Source of the DNA: the human T2T-CHM13v2.0 reference genome, Homo sapiens
DNA length: 64,000 bases
Assembly: GCF_009914755.1 (NCBI RefSeq)
Contig: NC_060925.1
Strand: one strand, 5' to 3'
A model generated the notes under the pieces. That model saw only the letters and a list, made by a program, of their open reading frames with translations. It was not told the DNA's origin and did not search any database. A program made the position numbers and the translations under genes. Positions 12,285 through 24,999 of the stretch are shown here, in pieces; position 1 is the first letter of the stretch, and each line of letters begins with the position of its first letter.

Positions 12285-15228
12285 TAGATTTCTGCTTCTA
12301 CAACAGAGTAACAGGAGCTGGATTATTCTCCCACCTGAAGCAACAGAAAAAAACAGACAAAATATATTTGAAAATGCTTTGCAAAACATTTGACATCAGG
12401 CAACAAAACACAGTGATCCCTGAGAGATGGGAAACAAATAAAGTGAGCCTCACGATTCCTCAGCTTACTGCCTGGAGTGAGTTTCCTAGACATGGTGTAG
12501 GGACTCAGAGTCCAGATGGAGTCTGGAGGACTCTCTGAGATGAGGAGATGGAGCTGAGAGTCTAAGGAGAGTTCACAGGACAGAGGAACAAAAGGAGGGG
12601 CATTGCACAGAAAGAACTCCAGAGATCTGTGCAGGATCCTCCTGAAGTCTTCAGCTGAGTAGCAATCAGTACAAGCATGTGGGGAGACCGCCTGAGGATG
12701 GAGAAAGAATCATTCTGAAGGGTTAGAAGGGGAAGTCATCTGTGACGCTTACGCAGTGCTGGGAATAATACAGTTTCCAACCAGCCAGACTGGAAAACGT
12801 CATAACTCATGGGGTACTCGGAAGGATCTTGCCTTAATAATGGGGAAAAATTAGTCCTAGACTGAACACTGCTCTGGCCTGCCTAACAAGTCTTAAAAAT
12901 GACAGCCAAAAGGATCAAGCTATTTTTGAAAAATAATTTACATCTTAGAACACATACTATAAATATTTACAGAAAAAACAAAAATATCCAGCATGCAATG
13001 AAGGAGAGGAACAGCAAGAGGATATAACAAAATTATGAAAACAAATGTGGCTGAGAAATTTCCAAATTTGACAAAAATTATTAATTCGGAGATCCAAGAA
13101 GTTCAATACATTACAAGCATTTGAAACATGAAAAAAATGATAGCAAGGCACATCACAATCAAATTATTCAAAACCTTTAAAAGTTGCCAGAGAGGCGAAA
13201 ATTACAAATTAGGCATAAAGAAGCAAAGATAAGGATGTAAAAACAAAGAAAAGGGTGACAATAGATTTCTAATCAGAACACTGTAAATAAGTGACATTAG
13301 GGGACAGGATAAAGCAAGAGCCTCTGGAAAGTCTCATTAAAAAAAGTAAGAATACTGGCAAAAATTTTCAGAATAAATTTTTCAGAACTTGGAAAATTAA
13401 CCAAAGGCTTGCTGCAATCCAGGGCACATTTGTTCAGGAAAAAAAAGTGATCTTCGTAAGACAGTGGGCTTTGAGGCATGTTATCTGGCTGTAGTCCCAT
13501 CCCCTGCTCTCCAGTTTCATGGTAGCCTTGAATATCAATAGTCCAGAGTCACAGGGAAGCCAGCAGTCTGGCAGCCAGGAGAGAGCAGAATGGGGTTGGA
13601 GTTTCTTCAAAGCCACATTCTCAGATAACTGGTTATTTCACCTGTCTGGTGGTTCCCTGGAAGATCCCACTTGTAAGGCTGTCTTTATTTTACCTGAATC
13701 AGAGCTCACCCAGTATAAAACAAGCAAGCAAACAAACAAACAAACAAACAAACAAAAACCTTTTTAGGGAAGCAATTGTCAAAAACAATTGCAGCCAATC
13801 ATTTGGCTTGGTGACTGCCTGAGACAGTGACAGTGGAAAACAGTTGGGGTAAGTAACATACTAACCCAAAAGCTTAAAAGGCAAGACTGGGGAATGAGTT
13901 GTTCATAGGGGCTCTGAAAAGCTCCAAGGTATTCCTGGGAATCTAGAATGCCATGAGCATATGTAGGGTTATGCACATGCTCAGGAGAGACCCAAGAAGA
14001 TGCTAAGCTCTCACCTCTGGCTGACTTTGAGTCTTTGAGGCTTTGTGAAGGCTAAGGCAAATAAATAAACTGCCTGGTTACGGGCTGAAGGCAAGACCCA
14101 ATTCTCACACAGAGCTCCTGCTAGAGACTTGGAGACTTATTTGTTCTAGGCTGAGACAGTGGTAAACAGTTGGGGTAAGCAACAGACTAACCCAGTTATT
14201 TAAAATATGTTCGAATAATTCAAGGAAAATGTAAGAACAGTGCTTCACCAAATAAAGAAAAGCAACAAAGGTATAGAAATTATATTTTTAAAAAAGGATC
14301 AATATAAATCCTGAAATTGAAAAATACAAAAACTGAAATAAAAAAAATTACCAAAAGGGCTCAACAGCAGTTTTAAGTCGGCAGAAGAAAGGATCAGTAA
14401 ACTTGGAAAGAGGTCAATGGAGATTTTGCAGTCTGAGAAATAGAAAAGTAAAAGAATGAAGAAAAATTAACAGAATCAGAGATCCATGGGACACCATCAG
14501 GTATATCAACATATGCATCATGAGAATCTCAGAAAGAGAAAAGAAAGATAAGTGGACTTCCACCTCTCCTCTCCCACCTTTGTACTATTGTTGTATGTTT
14601 TACTTCTACATGATTTGTAAATATTACACTACATCATTAATTTTGTTCAACAGGTCAGTATTCTTGTGTGTGTGCATGTATGTGAGTAAATAACTTGTTC
14701 CTCTATATAGCTGAGCTGTATTCTCTTATATCTATATCTATATAAATAATGCCCAAAACTTCTCAAATCTGATTTTAAAATATTAACCTACACATCCAAT
14801 AAAGCCCAACAAATTCAAAGTAGGATAAACTCAAAGAGCTGCACACACAGACACAGCATAGTCAAACTGTTGAAAGACAAAGAGAGAAACTTCAAAACAA
14901 GAGAAAAATGATTCATCATGCCACAGGTATCCTCAATAAGATCAGTAGCTAACTTCTCATAAAAAACGATGGATGCCAGAAGACATGGGATGACATATAC
15001 AAAGAACAGAAGAAAAGGAAGGTTAATCAAGAATTCTATGTCCAGGAAAACTAACCTTCAAAAATGAAGAGGAACCTAAGACATTCCCAGATAAACAAGA
15101 ATCGAGAGACACTATTCCCAGCAGATCTACTGTAAAAAGGGATTCCTTTAAACTGAAATAAAGTGACCCTAAACAGTGACGTGAATCCACATGAAGAAAT
15201 CAAGAGCACTGTCAGGTAACTACACAGG
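12285..15228 (+). mobile_element. Old L1M mosaic: two 5'-end plus ORF1 fragments (the second begins ~13290), non-coding
   Basis: A-rich plus strand; ORF1-like motifs AAATTTCCAAATTTG, GATCCAAGAAGTTCAA, GGCAGAAGAAAGGATCAGTAAACTTG, AAGAATTCTATGTCCAGGAAAACTAACCTTCAAAAATGAAG; many stops; subfamily not resolved. Confidence 0.85.
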
Positions 15229-15609
15229 TGGTGCATGTGAGAGTCTCCCCTCTACTTCGATCACTATACTCCTTACTTCAGCTAATACATCAGCCTTAGG
15301 CTTCCATTTCAGCCCTTACTCACATCCATCCCTTCAATTCCATTCCCACGTCCATTCCATTCCCACTGTCATTTATTCATTCATTTATAAAAAGATGTAT
15401 TTATATATCAAAATATATCCATTTGAATATTTTACTAGACAACATTTGTTTCATGGAGATATCCTGAAATCCCAAATCAAATTCAATTGAAGTATATCTT
15501 GGTATTCTTGCGTTCTGTCTTGAATTTTAGTAAAATTGACTCTTTTGAAAGTTATCATAGCATATACATAAATTTGAAATCCTGTAAAGGCTATATACAA
15601 AAGAGGGTC

Positions 15610-16245
15610 TTCAAGTTGCTTATAAAATTAAACATACATTTCCCATGTAATCCAGAAATCCTCCTTGTAGATATTTACCTAAGTAAATTGAATACTTCTG
15701 TTCACACAATAATATGTACATGAATATTTATAGCAGCTATATGCATAATTTCCACAAACTGGAAACTACCAAGATGTCTTTCAAAAGGTGAATGCAAATG
15801 GTGATATATCCATGTAAGAGAATCCTGCTCAGCTATACAGAGGAACAAATTATTTATTCATACACATGCACACACATGAGAATATTGACCTGTTGAACAA
15901 AATTAATGATGTAGTGTAATATTTACAAATCATGTAGAAGTAAAACATACAACAATATAGTAGGAAGGTGGGAGGTGAGAAGTGGAAGTCCACTGCTATA
16001 AGGTTCTTAAAGTCTGTGAGAAATAGTGTAACATCTCAGGCAGACTGTGCTAACGATGTCCACTATAAACCCTCAAGCCAATACTAAAATGCAAAACATA
16101 GAGTTATAGTTAACAAGCCAACACAGAAGACAATATGGAATCATAAATAATATTCAATCCAAAAGAAGGCAGGAAAAGGGAGAAAGGTATACAAATAACA
16201 GCTAGGACAAATAGAAAAACAACGAGATCTAAATTTTAATCACCA
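15610..16245 (+). mobile_element. L1M 3'-end fragment (15610-~15870) joined to an L1M inter-ORF fragment (~15885-16245)
   Basis: AAAATTAAACATACATTTCCCATGTAATCCAGAAAT..ATTTACC..AAACTGGAAAC (3' end), then GTAGAAGTAAAA..AAGGTTCTTA..AATCCAAAAGAAGGCAGGAAAAG (inter-ORF). Confidence 0.75.
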
Positions 16246-17349
16246 TGACGATCTCCTTTTCCAGGGAAGGAAACCTAGACACAAGGAAGGAAAGGAGCCT
16301 GCCCAAAGTTATGGAGCGAGTTGGGAGTGGGCCTGGCCTTCAGCTCAGCCTGTGGGGCCTGCGCTCATAACCTAATGGGGAGCTTCCCCCTGGCTAAAGG
16401 CCTGGAAACTTCTGTTCCCCAGCATTTTGCCTCCTGCCAGATCTCTTGGTCCATGTGGGCACAGGGCTGGATGGGGCCACAGCAATGATCTGTTCAACTC
16501 CTTCATTTTACAGCTGGGGAGACTGAGGCCCTGAGAGGCAAAGGGGCTTACCAAAGGTCATGTCCTGAAGTAAGGCCACAGCTGGGATCACAACCCAGCT
16601 GCCGGCCGGTTCTCTCCCACCTCCCCCACTGCCAGGCTCTTTGCTGCCGCTCCGGGGTTCCTTCCTTCCCCCCACAGACTGCTGTGGCGGCACCTGCCCT
16701 TGATTTTCCCTCATGTCCCAGCAGACGTTAATAAAAGTGCTCATCATTGCATTTGAATCATCTTGGAAATGCTCCTGGGGTGCTTTCCAGGAGCCATTTA
16801 TTCGAATTTCTTCCTCTGTATAAGTAGGTTCAGAGTCATCTGTCTTCCATAATCAGTAAACACCGGGCTTCTGACAGTATTAGTGACTTCTCACTTTTCA
16901 GAGGGCTCTTGGCCCATCAGAGCTGGGAAGCCCATTAGGGATCACTAGTGCATGCTGGGGAAACTGAGGCTGGGAGAGAAGGGACATTCTCAAGGTCACC
17001 TTGCAGGTGAGGAGCTGAAGCAGAACCTGAACCCGGGTGTCTGGGCTCCTGGATTCTGCTCTTTCACCACAGCTTGATTGCACCTGCCAAGCCTCAAATG
17101 TGGCTTTGAGACCCAATTTCCAGGTGGGGTCATGATGTCAAGGTCACCTTGTTTCTGTCTCTGAGCACCAGGCCATGATTATTTTTTTAAAATAGCTTCA
17201 TAAAACAAATGATTCACACTGTTTGTGAAACATTCCATTGATACCAAAATATAAAGAAACAGACTGTAATGAGCACCCTGAAGCAATGCCACAAGCTTTT
17301 GGGGGAATATTTTGCTAATCATCCCTGGCTGGTTGTTCTTCATACCCTC

Positions 17350-17600
17350 ATTCATTCTCCATCTCCTCCTGTCCAGCTCTGCACCAGCGACGCTGCCCTG
17401 CATGCACTATGTCAGGGATTCTAGCGACAGCTGGCTTCTGCTGGGTTCAGCCAATGGGAGGTGCTGCCAGGAGACCAGAACATAGGAGGAGAGAAGGTCA
17501 GGGTATTTTTTCTTGCTCCCTCCTGGATTCAACTTCATGTCTGCAGGTGCAGGCTTATGCAAGGAGCAGGTAGTCATGGTCGGGGGAGACGATGATAGAG
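17350..17600 (+). mobile_element. LTR33-like ERVL LTR fragment
   Basis: CTGGCTTCTGCTGGGTTCAGCCAATGGGAGG..CAGGAGA..GGAGGAGAGAAGGTCAGGGTATTT. Confidence 0.6.
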
Positions 17601-18284
17601 ATGGAGTCTCCTTCACTCCTTAGCTCCTCCCCAACGTGCCACCCTCCCTCCCCTTCCCCTGCATTAGGTTTTGCAGAGCATTCCTCAGGACCTAGCATTG
17701 TCTCTTTCTTTGTTCTTAATAGGTCTCCTCAACCACATTGCAAATGCCATGAAGGCAGGATTGAGTCTATCTTGATCACATGTGTACTCCTCGTTCCTAG
17801 AACAGCACCTCTAGGTGCTTAATAAAGCACGCAGTCCAAACACAGTTGTGTTATGAGTGATGGGACAAATGAAGAGCTCCCAGCTTGGAGGATGATGTTG
17901 GAGGACATTAGAGGAGGATGGCAAGCACTCAGTCAACCAGCCTATGGGTACAGGGGTGGTTTAAGAAGTCATGGAGGAGGGGCCTGAGCAGGATCCAGGA
18001 CAGGAAGGGGGCAGACCTGGGTCAACACTCAATCACTCCCTCCCTCCCTCCCTCCCTCAATCATCAGACATTTCCTGGGCACCTTCTATGCCCCAGGCAC
18101 TGAGATGGAAGTAAATGCTGGGCACGTCAGACCCTGTACCTCCCCTGAGGAGCTCTCAGCCAAGAGGGAGGGACAGATGCTCCCCTGGACACCTGAGATT
18201 AGGGTGACAAGAGCCATGGTCGGACATGAAGTGGCCACCACTGGAGTAAAAGCAATATTTACTGAGCTACCAAATCAGCTGGGC

Positions 18285-18900
18285 CTTCGACTTCCAACCA
18301 AAAGAGTCCAGCCGCTTTAACCTAAGAGGAAATTTAGTTGCTTGTAGAGCTGGGTGAGTCACCAGGGAATAGCCTCAGGCACAGCTGGACTCAGGGGCTC
18401 CAATGACATCACTGGATCGCTCATACTCCTTATGTTTCTCAACATTTTGCTTCTGACTGTGTAGTAGCATCTTTCTCTTTGCCATGGGATTCATTCATGA
18501 GGCAGGAAAAGGAAAGTGGAAGGGGAATCATAACCATTAGCAGCTCCAAGCTTAGATCATCCCATCTAGTGATTCCATAGGAAAGAGAGAATTGCTTGCT
18601 GTTATAGCCATATACATGGTCCCAGTCAAGGATTCTAATAGGCTGATTTTGGTCACATGCTCTACTTGGACCAACCACTATTTCCTGGGGGAATGGATTG
18701 CTGTGATTGGTTTAGTCTATGCCGATACCTCTCTCTAAGAAGAGAGGTGGGATAGAGTCACTGACTGATAATTTGGTCAGAATATCAGGGCCTGGGGGGT
18801 GCAGGAAGCTTACCTTCCCAAAGCAAGGGTGACAGGAGTGATAGGTGCCAAAAACAGAGGGAGAAAGAGATGCCGGATAAACCAAAACAGCCCAAGTGCA
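18285..18900 (-). mobile_element. Old MLT1 (J/K/L-like) LTR
   Basis: CCTCAGGCACAGCTGGACTCAGGGGCTCCAATGACATC..GGTCACATGCTC..GACCAACCAC..TGATTGG. Confidence 0.65.
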
Positions 18901-19559
18901 AATTGCAGTACATATTATGATTTCGTTTTATAAATAAAGAAACTGAGTCTCAGAGAAGCTAAGAAAAGGGCATAAATTAGCAAGTGGCACAATAGACCCT
19001 TGAACCCTTCTCTGCTGGACAAAAGTGCCCCATGTTTTAGCCCATGGACGGCGGTACTTCCAGGAATACCGGCCTCTGCAGGCATCTCAGCACCTCCTGA
19101 GTTCCAGCGGGTTTCAACGCATAATTCCAGCCCAAATAGGAAGATTCTCCAAGCTCAGACATTCAAGTCCTTCACAGGCCCCTGGCTTACAAACCTAATC
19201 TTCATGATGGATGTAATTTAAGGCCCCTTTCCTTCTGGATTACAGAGTGCAGGAAAATGATGCTCCTGGCAATTTCTTGTCAACTGAGCCACCCTGGGAG
19301 TGAGCGCATCAAAGGGAACAGAGACCATGTCAGTGCTGCCAGGGGCAACCTGGAGGTGCAAGGAACATTAAGATGGCTGAAGTGCAATCTGTTTGACATG
19401 TGAGCGTGTTCTCCAGTGAAGCACACAGCTCAGAGCACTCAGACTCAGCCACAACCTCGGCACGCCTTCCCTTCTCCCTGGGCTCCTTTTCAGCAATCAG
19501 ACCCTCCTATTCCTCCTGCCAGACCCAACCTGTCCATTTCATTTAAGGAGTGATTCACA

Positions 19560-19890
19560 GCATACAGCTCAACAGGGCTAAAGGGACCTTGTGGAGCCTC
19601 TGTTCCAACCTCATTCATTTTACAGATGAGAAAACAGAGCCCAGAGAGACTCAGACACTTGTTCAAGGTCAGAGAGTAAGTCAAGGATGAGGCTGAACCA
19701 GGGAACATCAGGACCCCTAGAGGGAGGGCGTCTCATGTCCAGGTCCTGGCACGGACACTTTTACATGCATATTTAATCCTCACAATGACCCTGTGCCGTG
19801 GGTGTTATTATCCCCCCTTATCCTTGGGTAAAAGAAAGCTCTGAAAAATTAAATGCCATGCTCAAGGTCACAGAGCTGAGTTTCAAACTG
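19560..19890 (-). mobile_element. Two MIR/MIR3 fragments
   Basis: CATTTTACAGATGAGAAAACAGAGCCCAGAGAG; TTTAATCCTCACAATGACCC. Confidence 0.8.
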
Positions 19891-19925
19891 CTTTGATTAG
19901 CACAAAAGTCCAAGTGCTGAAGCAC

Positions 19926-20760
<835 letters not shown>

Positions 20761-22410
20761 AGCACTTGGTATCAGCTGTGCTACCAGGAAACAAACCTTC
20801 AATAATGGGATTTGGGGGTGGGCTGTTTGACTTGATTAGGCTTAAACACAGTGAGAACCTCATGGCCAGGGACAGTGAGATTGTAGTATGCCTTGGTGTG
20901 CAGGGACATTAAATCACTTAAATCATCACTTACGGTTGCCTGGGACAAAGTGCCTATTGAACACTGAGAATCGTCAGCCCAAGTGGCTGCAGCACTTGGC
21001 CTCTGAGGTAGTAATCATGACTATCAGAAGGAATGAGGAGTACAATGGCTACTTATGACAGTACTGGAGAGTTTGTAGAAAGAAAATGACAAGCACTGTG
21101 TTTCAAATCTCTGCTCAGAGCACGGATAGATAACCAGTGATTAGATTGCCCTCAAGGAAGCTTTTGTGTTTTCTAGCTATAGGGCAGACACAAATGAAAA
21201 TCACATCTAAAATGTCATCCTGTGGGTTGTAGAATTGCATCATACGTTGGACTCACAAGCTTACTGTCTGTTCCTTGAAAGTGAAGGCGTTGATTGGGAA
21301 GCAGAGGGCCTCCAAGAATGAGGTGTGTGCCGTGTGTGTGCTGCCCCAGTGCATTTTGTAAATGACTTGTAAAACTGAGCAAGTCTTAGAGCCAGGAAAG
21401 GCCCTGCAGCAATGCTGATCTCCAGGCCAGTGCCCTGACACCTGGGCCTATAACCCAGCCTGTCTAGTGGAACCCAAGTCTCTGTACAAGTAGGGATCTT
21501 GTATGGGGCCAGCAGCAAGCCCCAGTAGGAGACTCAAGCCCCAGCAAGAGACACCAGCAGCACAGTTGCCCCAGTTTTTTGGTGCAAAGCCCTATCCTCT
21601 TCTGTAGATAACTATTCTGCATTTGAGAAATAGCTCTTGGCTTTCTACTGAGCCCTGGTGTAACCAAGTGGCTTCCTTTTTTCTAATAAAAAGGAAATGA
21701 GTTACTATTATTTTTTCATGATTTTCTCTTCTTTTCTCCTCTCCCCTTTCCCTAGTCCCTGTTTTCTACTTAGCCCTTCAGAAATGCAGGTGTGACCTTT
21801 CACCTCCAGGAGATGGCCTCCGAACTTCTGCCCTCCAGGACTTGCCTGAGACTTTCATCCATCAGGAAGGTATATGGAAAGCATGCCTGCTTGACCTCTT
21901 TTACAACTTATTTCTGCCCAGGAAGGCGCCAACTCAGCTGTCCGGTAGATAAGACACCAGGTTAGCCGGGGGACCCCCTGCCCTTGCACACTTCCCCCCT
22001 TACCTTATAAAAATGTCCGCTTTCTGCTCCAAAGGTGAAGCAGCACATTTAAAGGCAGGACACTTTTTGCCTTTTCCCCAAGCTGGCTTCAAAATAAATT
22101 CACTTTTCTTCTAGCAGACCTCGCTTTTATTAGTTGGACTCCACATGCAGCTACCAAGTAATCAGCTTTTCAGTTACACTGGTAGAGGCAGAATGCCTGA
22201 CCCAAGGCACCAACCGACTGCAACCCGGGCAGCCCATCTTGGCCTGGGTATCATCCGGTCCACTGGGTTACGGACTCAGCAGGTGCAGCATTAGACCATC
22301 ATCAGTCTGGGCCTGAGCACATCCCGGAGGCAGGTAAACTGCTGCATGGGCCAGTGGTGAGAGTCTCAGAGCACTCTCCAGTGGCACTGCCATCTTTCCC
22401 TAGACCCACA
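20761..22410 (+). mobile_element. ERVL internal remnant (gag fragment, deletion, pol RT/RNase H fragment), defective
   Basis: Primer-binding-site-like TGGTATCAG after the LTR; 21580-21658 reads WCKALSSSVDNYSAFEK*LLAFY*AL and resumes at 22179 as LVEAECLT..PILAWV, matching the recalled ERVL pol motif WSKALPSSADNYSPFERQLLACYWALVETE..PIMNWV. Confidence 0.85.
21659..22178 (+). mobile_element. Solo ERV1 LTR, MER66-like, inserted in ERVL pol
   Basis: TGTAAC...GTTACA termini; exact 4-bp TSD CTGG (21655-21658 / 22179-22182); TATAAAA near 22006, AATAAA near 22093. Confidence 0.8.
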
Positions 22411-22443
22411 CCCGAGCCTCGAGGAGCCTTCTCCTTCACCAGC

Positions 22444-22885
22444 TGCATTCGTTTCCTGTGATTTCTGGAACAAATGGCCACAAACTTGGTGGCTTAAAAC
22501 AAGAGCAATGTATTCTCTCACGGTTCTGAAGTCTGGAATCCAGATGCCAGCAAGGCCAGGCTCTCTCTGCAGGCTCTAAGGGAGAAGCTTCCTTGCCTCT
22601 TCCAGCTTTGGGGCTCCTAACACTCCTTGGCTCCTGGTTACATCACACCAGTCTCCGCCTCCACCTTCACACAGCCTTCTCCACCCTGTGTCTCTGTCTT
22701 CTCCTTTCCTGTCTCTTATAAAGACACTTGTCATTGGATTTAGGGCTTGCCTAATCCAGGATGATCTCATCTTGAGGTCCTTACCTTAATTATGTCTGCA
22801 AAGATCCTTATTCCAAATAAGCTCAGATTCTGATGTCTGGGTGGGCACACCTTTGCAGAGGGAGAAGAGGAACCGATTGACCCAC
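22444..22885 (-). mobile_element. MLT1B/C MaLR LTR
   Basis: CACAAACTTGGTGGCTTAAAAC..TCTTATAAAGACACTTGTCATTGGATTTAGGG..TAATCCAGGATGATCTCATCTTGAG. Confidence 0.88.
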
Positions 22886-23809
22886 ATCAGCTGACATATT
22901 TAGACTGGCCAGAGGGGACTCTGCAACAATCCAGAGGGACCTAAGACAGGGAGAAAGAGAAGTCCTCCCGGTTGGCAGGTCTTCAAGTGGCACATCTCTC
23001 TGTCCACCTAGCTGCGATGGGAAAATGGCCAGAGGCAAAAATCTGATTCATAGGCAGTGGCTAATTGTTCAGTCCAATGATGAGGGACTTGCAAAGAATA
23101 AGATGGAAGGATTGGAAATAAGAAGATTATGGCCCCAGGTGCCCACCAGCCCTGATGCTGGCACAGAAGTGGCCTGGACAGCATCCTGCACCACAGCTCT
23201 GTGCATATCTCATTTGTGGCATGATGTTCACTTTTTATTTTGATGACCAACAAGGGGGAGATGAAGTTCCCATCCATAGGGTAAGCGAGTGGCTCCTGAA
23301 GTGAGTCACGCCTCCCCTGCCACTGCCGTTTAACTTCCTGCCAGCTCCTACATTCCATGGAAGGGTAATTACATTGTACATAGTTTTCTTTTTTAATACT
23401 CCAATAAATATCACCCGTGAAAATCAATTGGCATTTTCTATACTTAATGCATAATAACTGGCCTTATAAATCTAAATTATCCCTATACATCTAAATTGAA
23501 TGCCCAGGTTTAAATGTATTCAGGTCACTTAATTAATAAAGTGCTAGTACATAACCACTACTAATCTGTTTACTTCAAGCCAACTTTTCATCTTTAAAGG
23601 ATGTATTTCTCTGCAGTGTGTGGGTGGGAGGAAGGAGGGATCCCAGGGTCCTTGGGAAGCTTGCAAGCTGTAAGCACTGCCCATCTATATGGCACCCTCC
23701 ATGCCTGGGCAGCCTGGGCCTCTTTGCACCTGGCCTCTTTCAGCCTCTGGTTCACTTTCCTTCCAAGGACTGAGGAGAAAGTGATCAGAGCAGCCTGCAG
23801 GTGTTGGCA

Positions 23810-24180
23810 TGAGCAGGAAACAAGAGGCCTGGCTTAGCCATGAAAGTGCTGTGTGACCTTGGACAAGTCGCTTATCCTCTCTGGGCCTCAGTTTTTCCTT
23901 CTGCATAATAAGGGAAGGACCAGATCGTCACAGAGGACCTTCTTAGCAGCTGTGGGGAGGGAAGTGTGGGTTGTGGGGAGGTTGACTCATGATGCACAAA
24001 AGGTGTGGCCTTCAAGTGACTTAACCTATTTATACCTCAGTTTCCTCATCCATACATATGGGGTAGTAACAGTACCAGCTCACAGGGTTTTGGTGAATCT
24101 GAGACAAGGAAACAAATGGGATGTACTTAGTTCAGGGTCTGAGTAGCCAAGTGTCCTGTAAGTGTCAGCTGTTACTATCC
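23810..24180 (+). mobile_element. MIR3 and MIR fragments
   Basis: GCTGTGTGACCTTGGACAAGTC..CTCTGGGCCTCAGTTT; CCTCAGTTTCCTCATC..ATGGGG. Confidence 0.8.
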
Positions 24181-24999
24181 TCCCAGGGCCCCATCTCCTG
24201 GGTAGTTTGTCAGGTTATCAAAATGATATTAAAAAGATTTAGAGCAAGTAAAGTGAAAATCAGGGAACACAGGGCTAAATTATCAGTGTTCAGTGCCTGT
24301 GTCTTTCCTGGCTCTCGCTCCCTGACCCCTACCTTTGGTTTTAGCTCCTGCTGCCTCTGTTCCCGGTGTGGACAGCCCGAGGTCCAGGGCTCCAAGTGTC
24401 CATTTCTCTGAGCAACTGGGAAAGGAAAAGCACAGATCTGGAATGAAATGTGCCCCGGAGAAAGCCAAGAGCTCTCTCAGCATTGTGTTCACGCGTTTTC
24501 CACACAGCGCAGGAGGCAGCAGCAGAGACTTTCAGGGAAGAGGAGCCCTTGGCATCCACAAGAAACTGGAACCCTCGGTGGGACTCAGGCCTGGGCCCCC
24601 AGCCCTCCTGGAGGACCGTATCTATAGGAGACTTCAGGAGACAGCCTGGCGGTGAGCCGGGGAGGGTTTCCTGATCTGAGCAGGACAGAAAGTGAAGAAC
24701 ATTGACCCACCTGTAACCAGACTCCAGCAGAAGACTGAAGCTGTGCTTAGGAACTGCAGGACAGCACTGCCCCCCACATTCCTGGGAGGATCCCTGAGCC
24801 TCCGGCAAGGCCAGAAGGGGGACTTTGGGAGGCTTTAAGGTTGCTTGCCACAGTTACAGGAAGCTGCACAGGAAACCCACCCAGAGATGAATGGGATCAA
24901 TTGGGACCAGCCTGGGCCATGCTGAGAGATGAACGCTAGAATAGCAGCATCTCAGAGAGATTCCTTTGTGTTTCTGGCTGTCAATAAATGTCTATCCAG

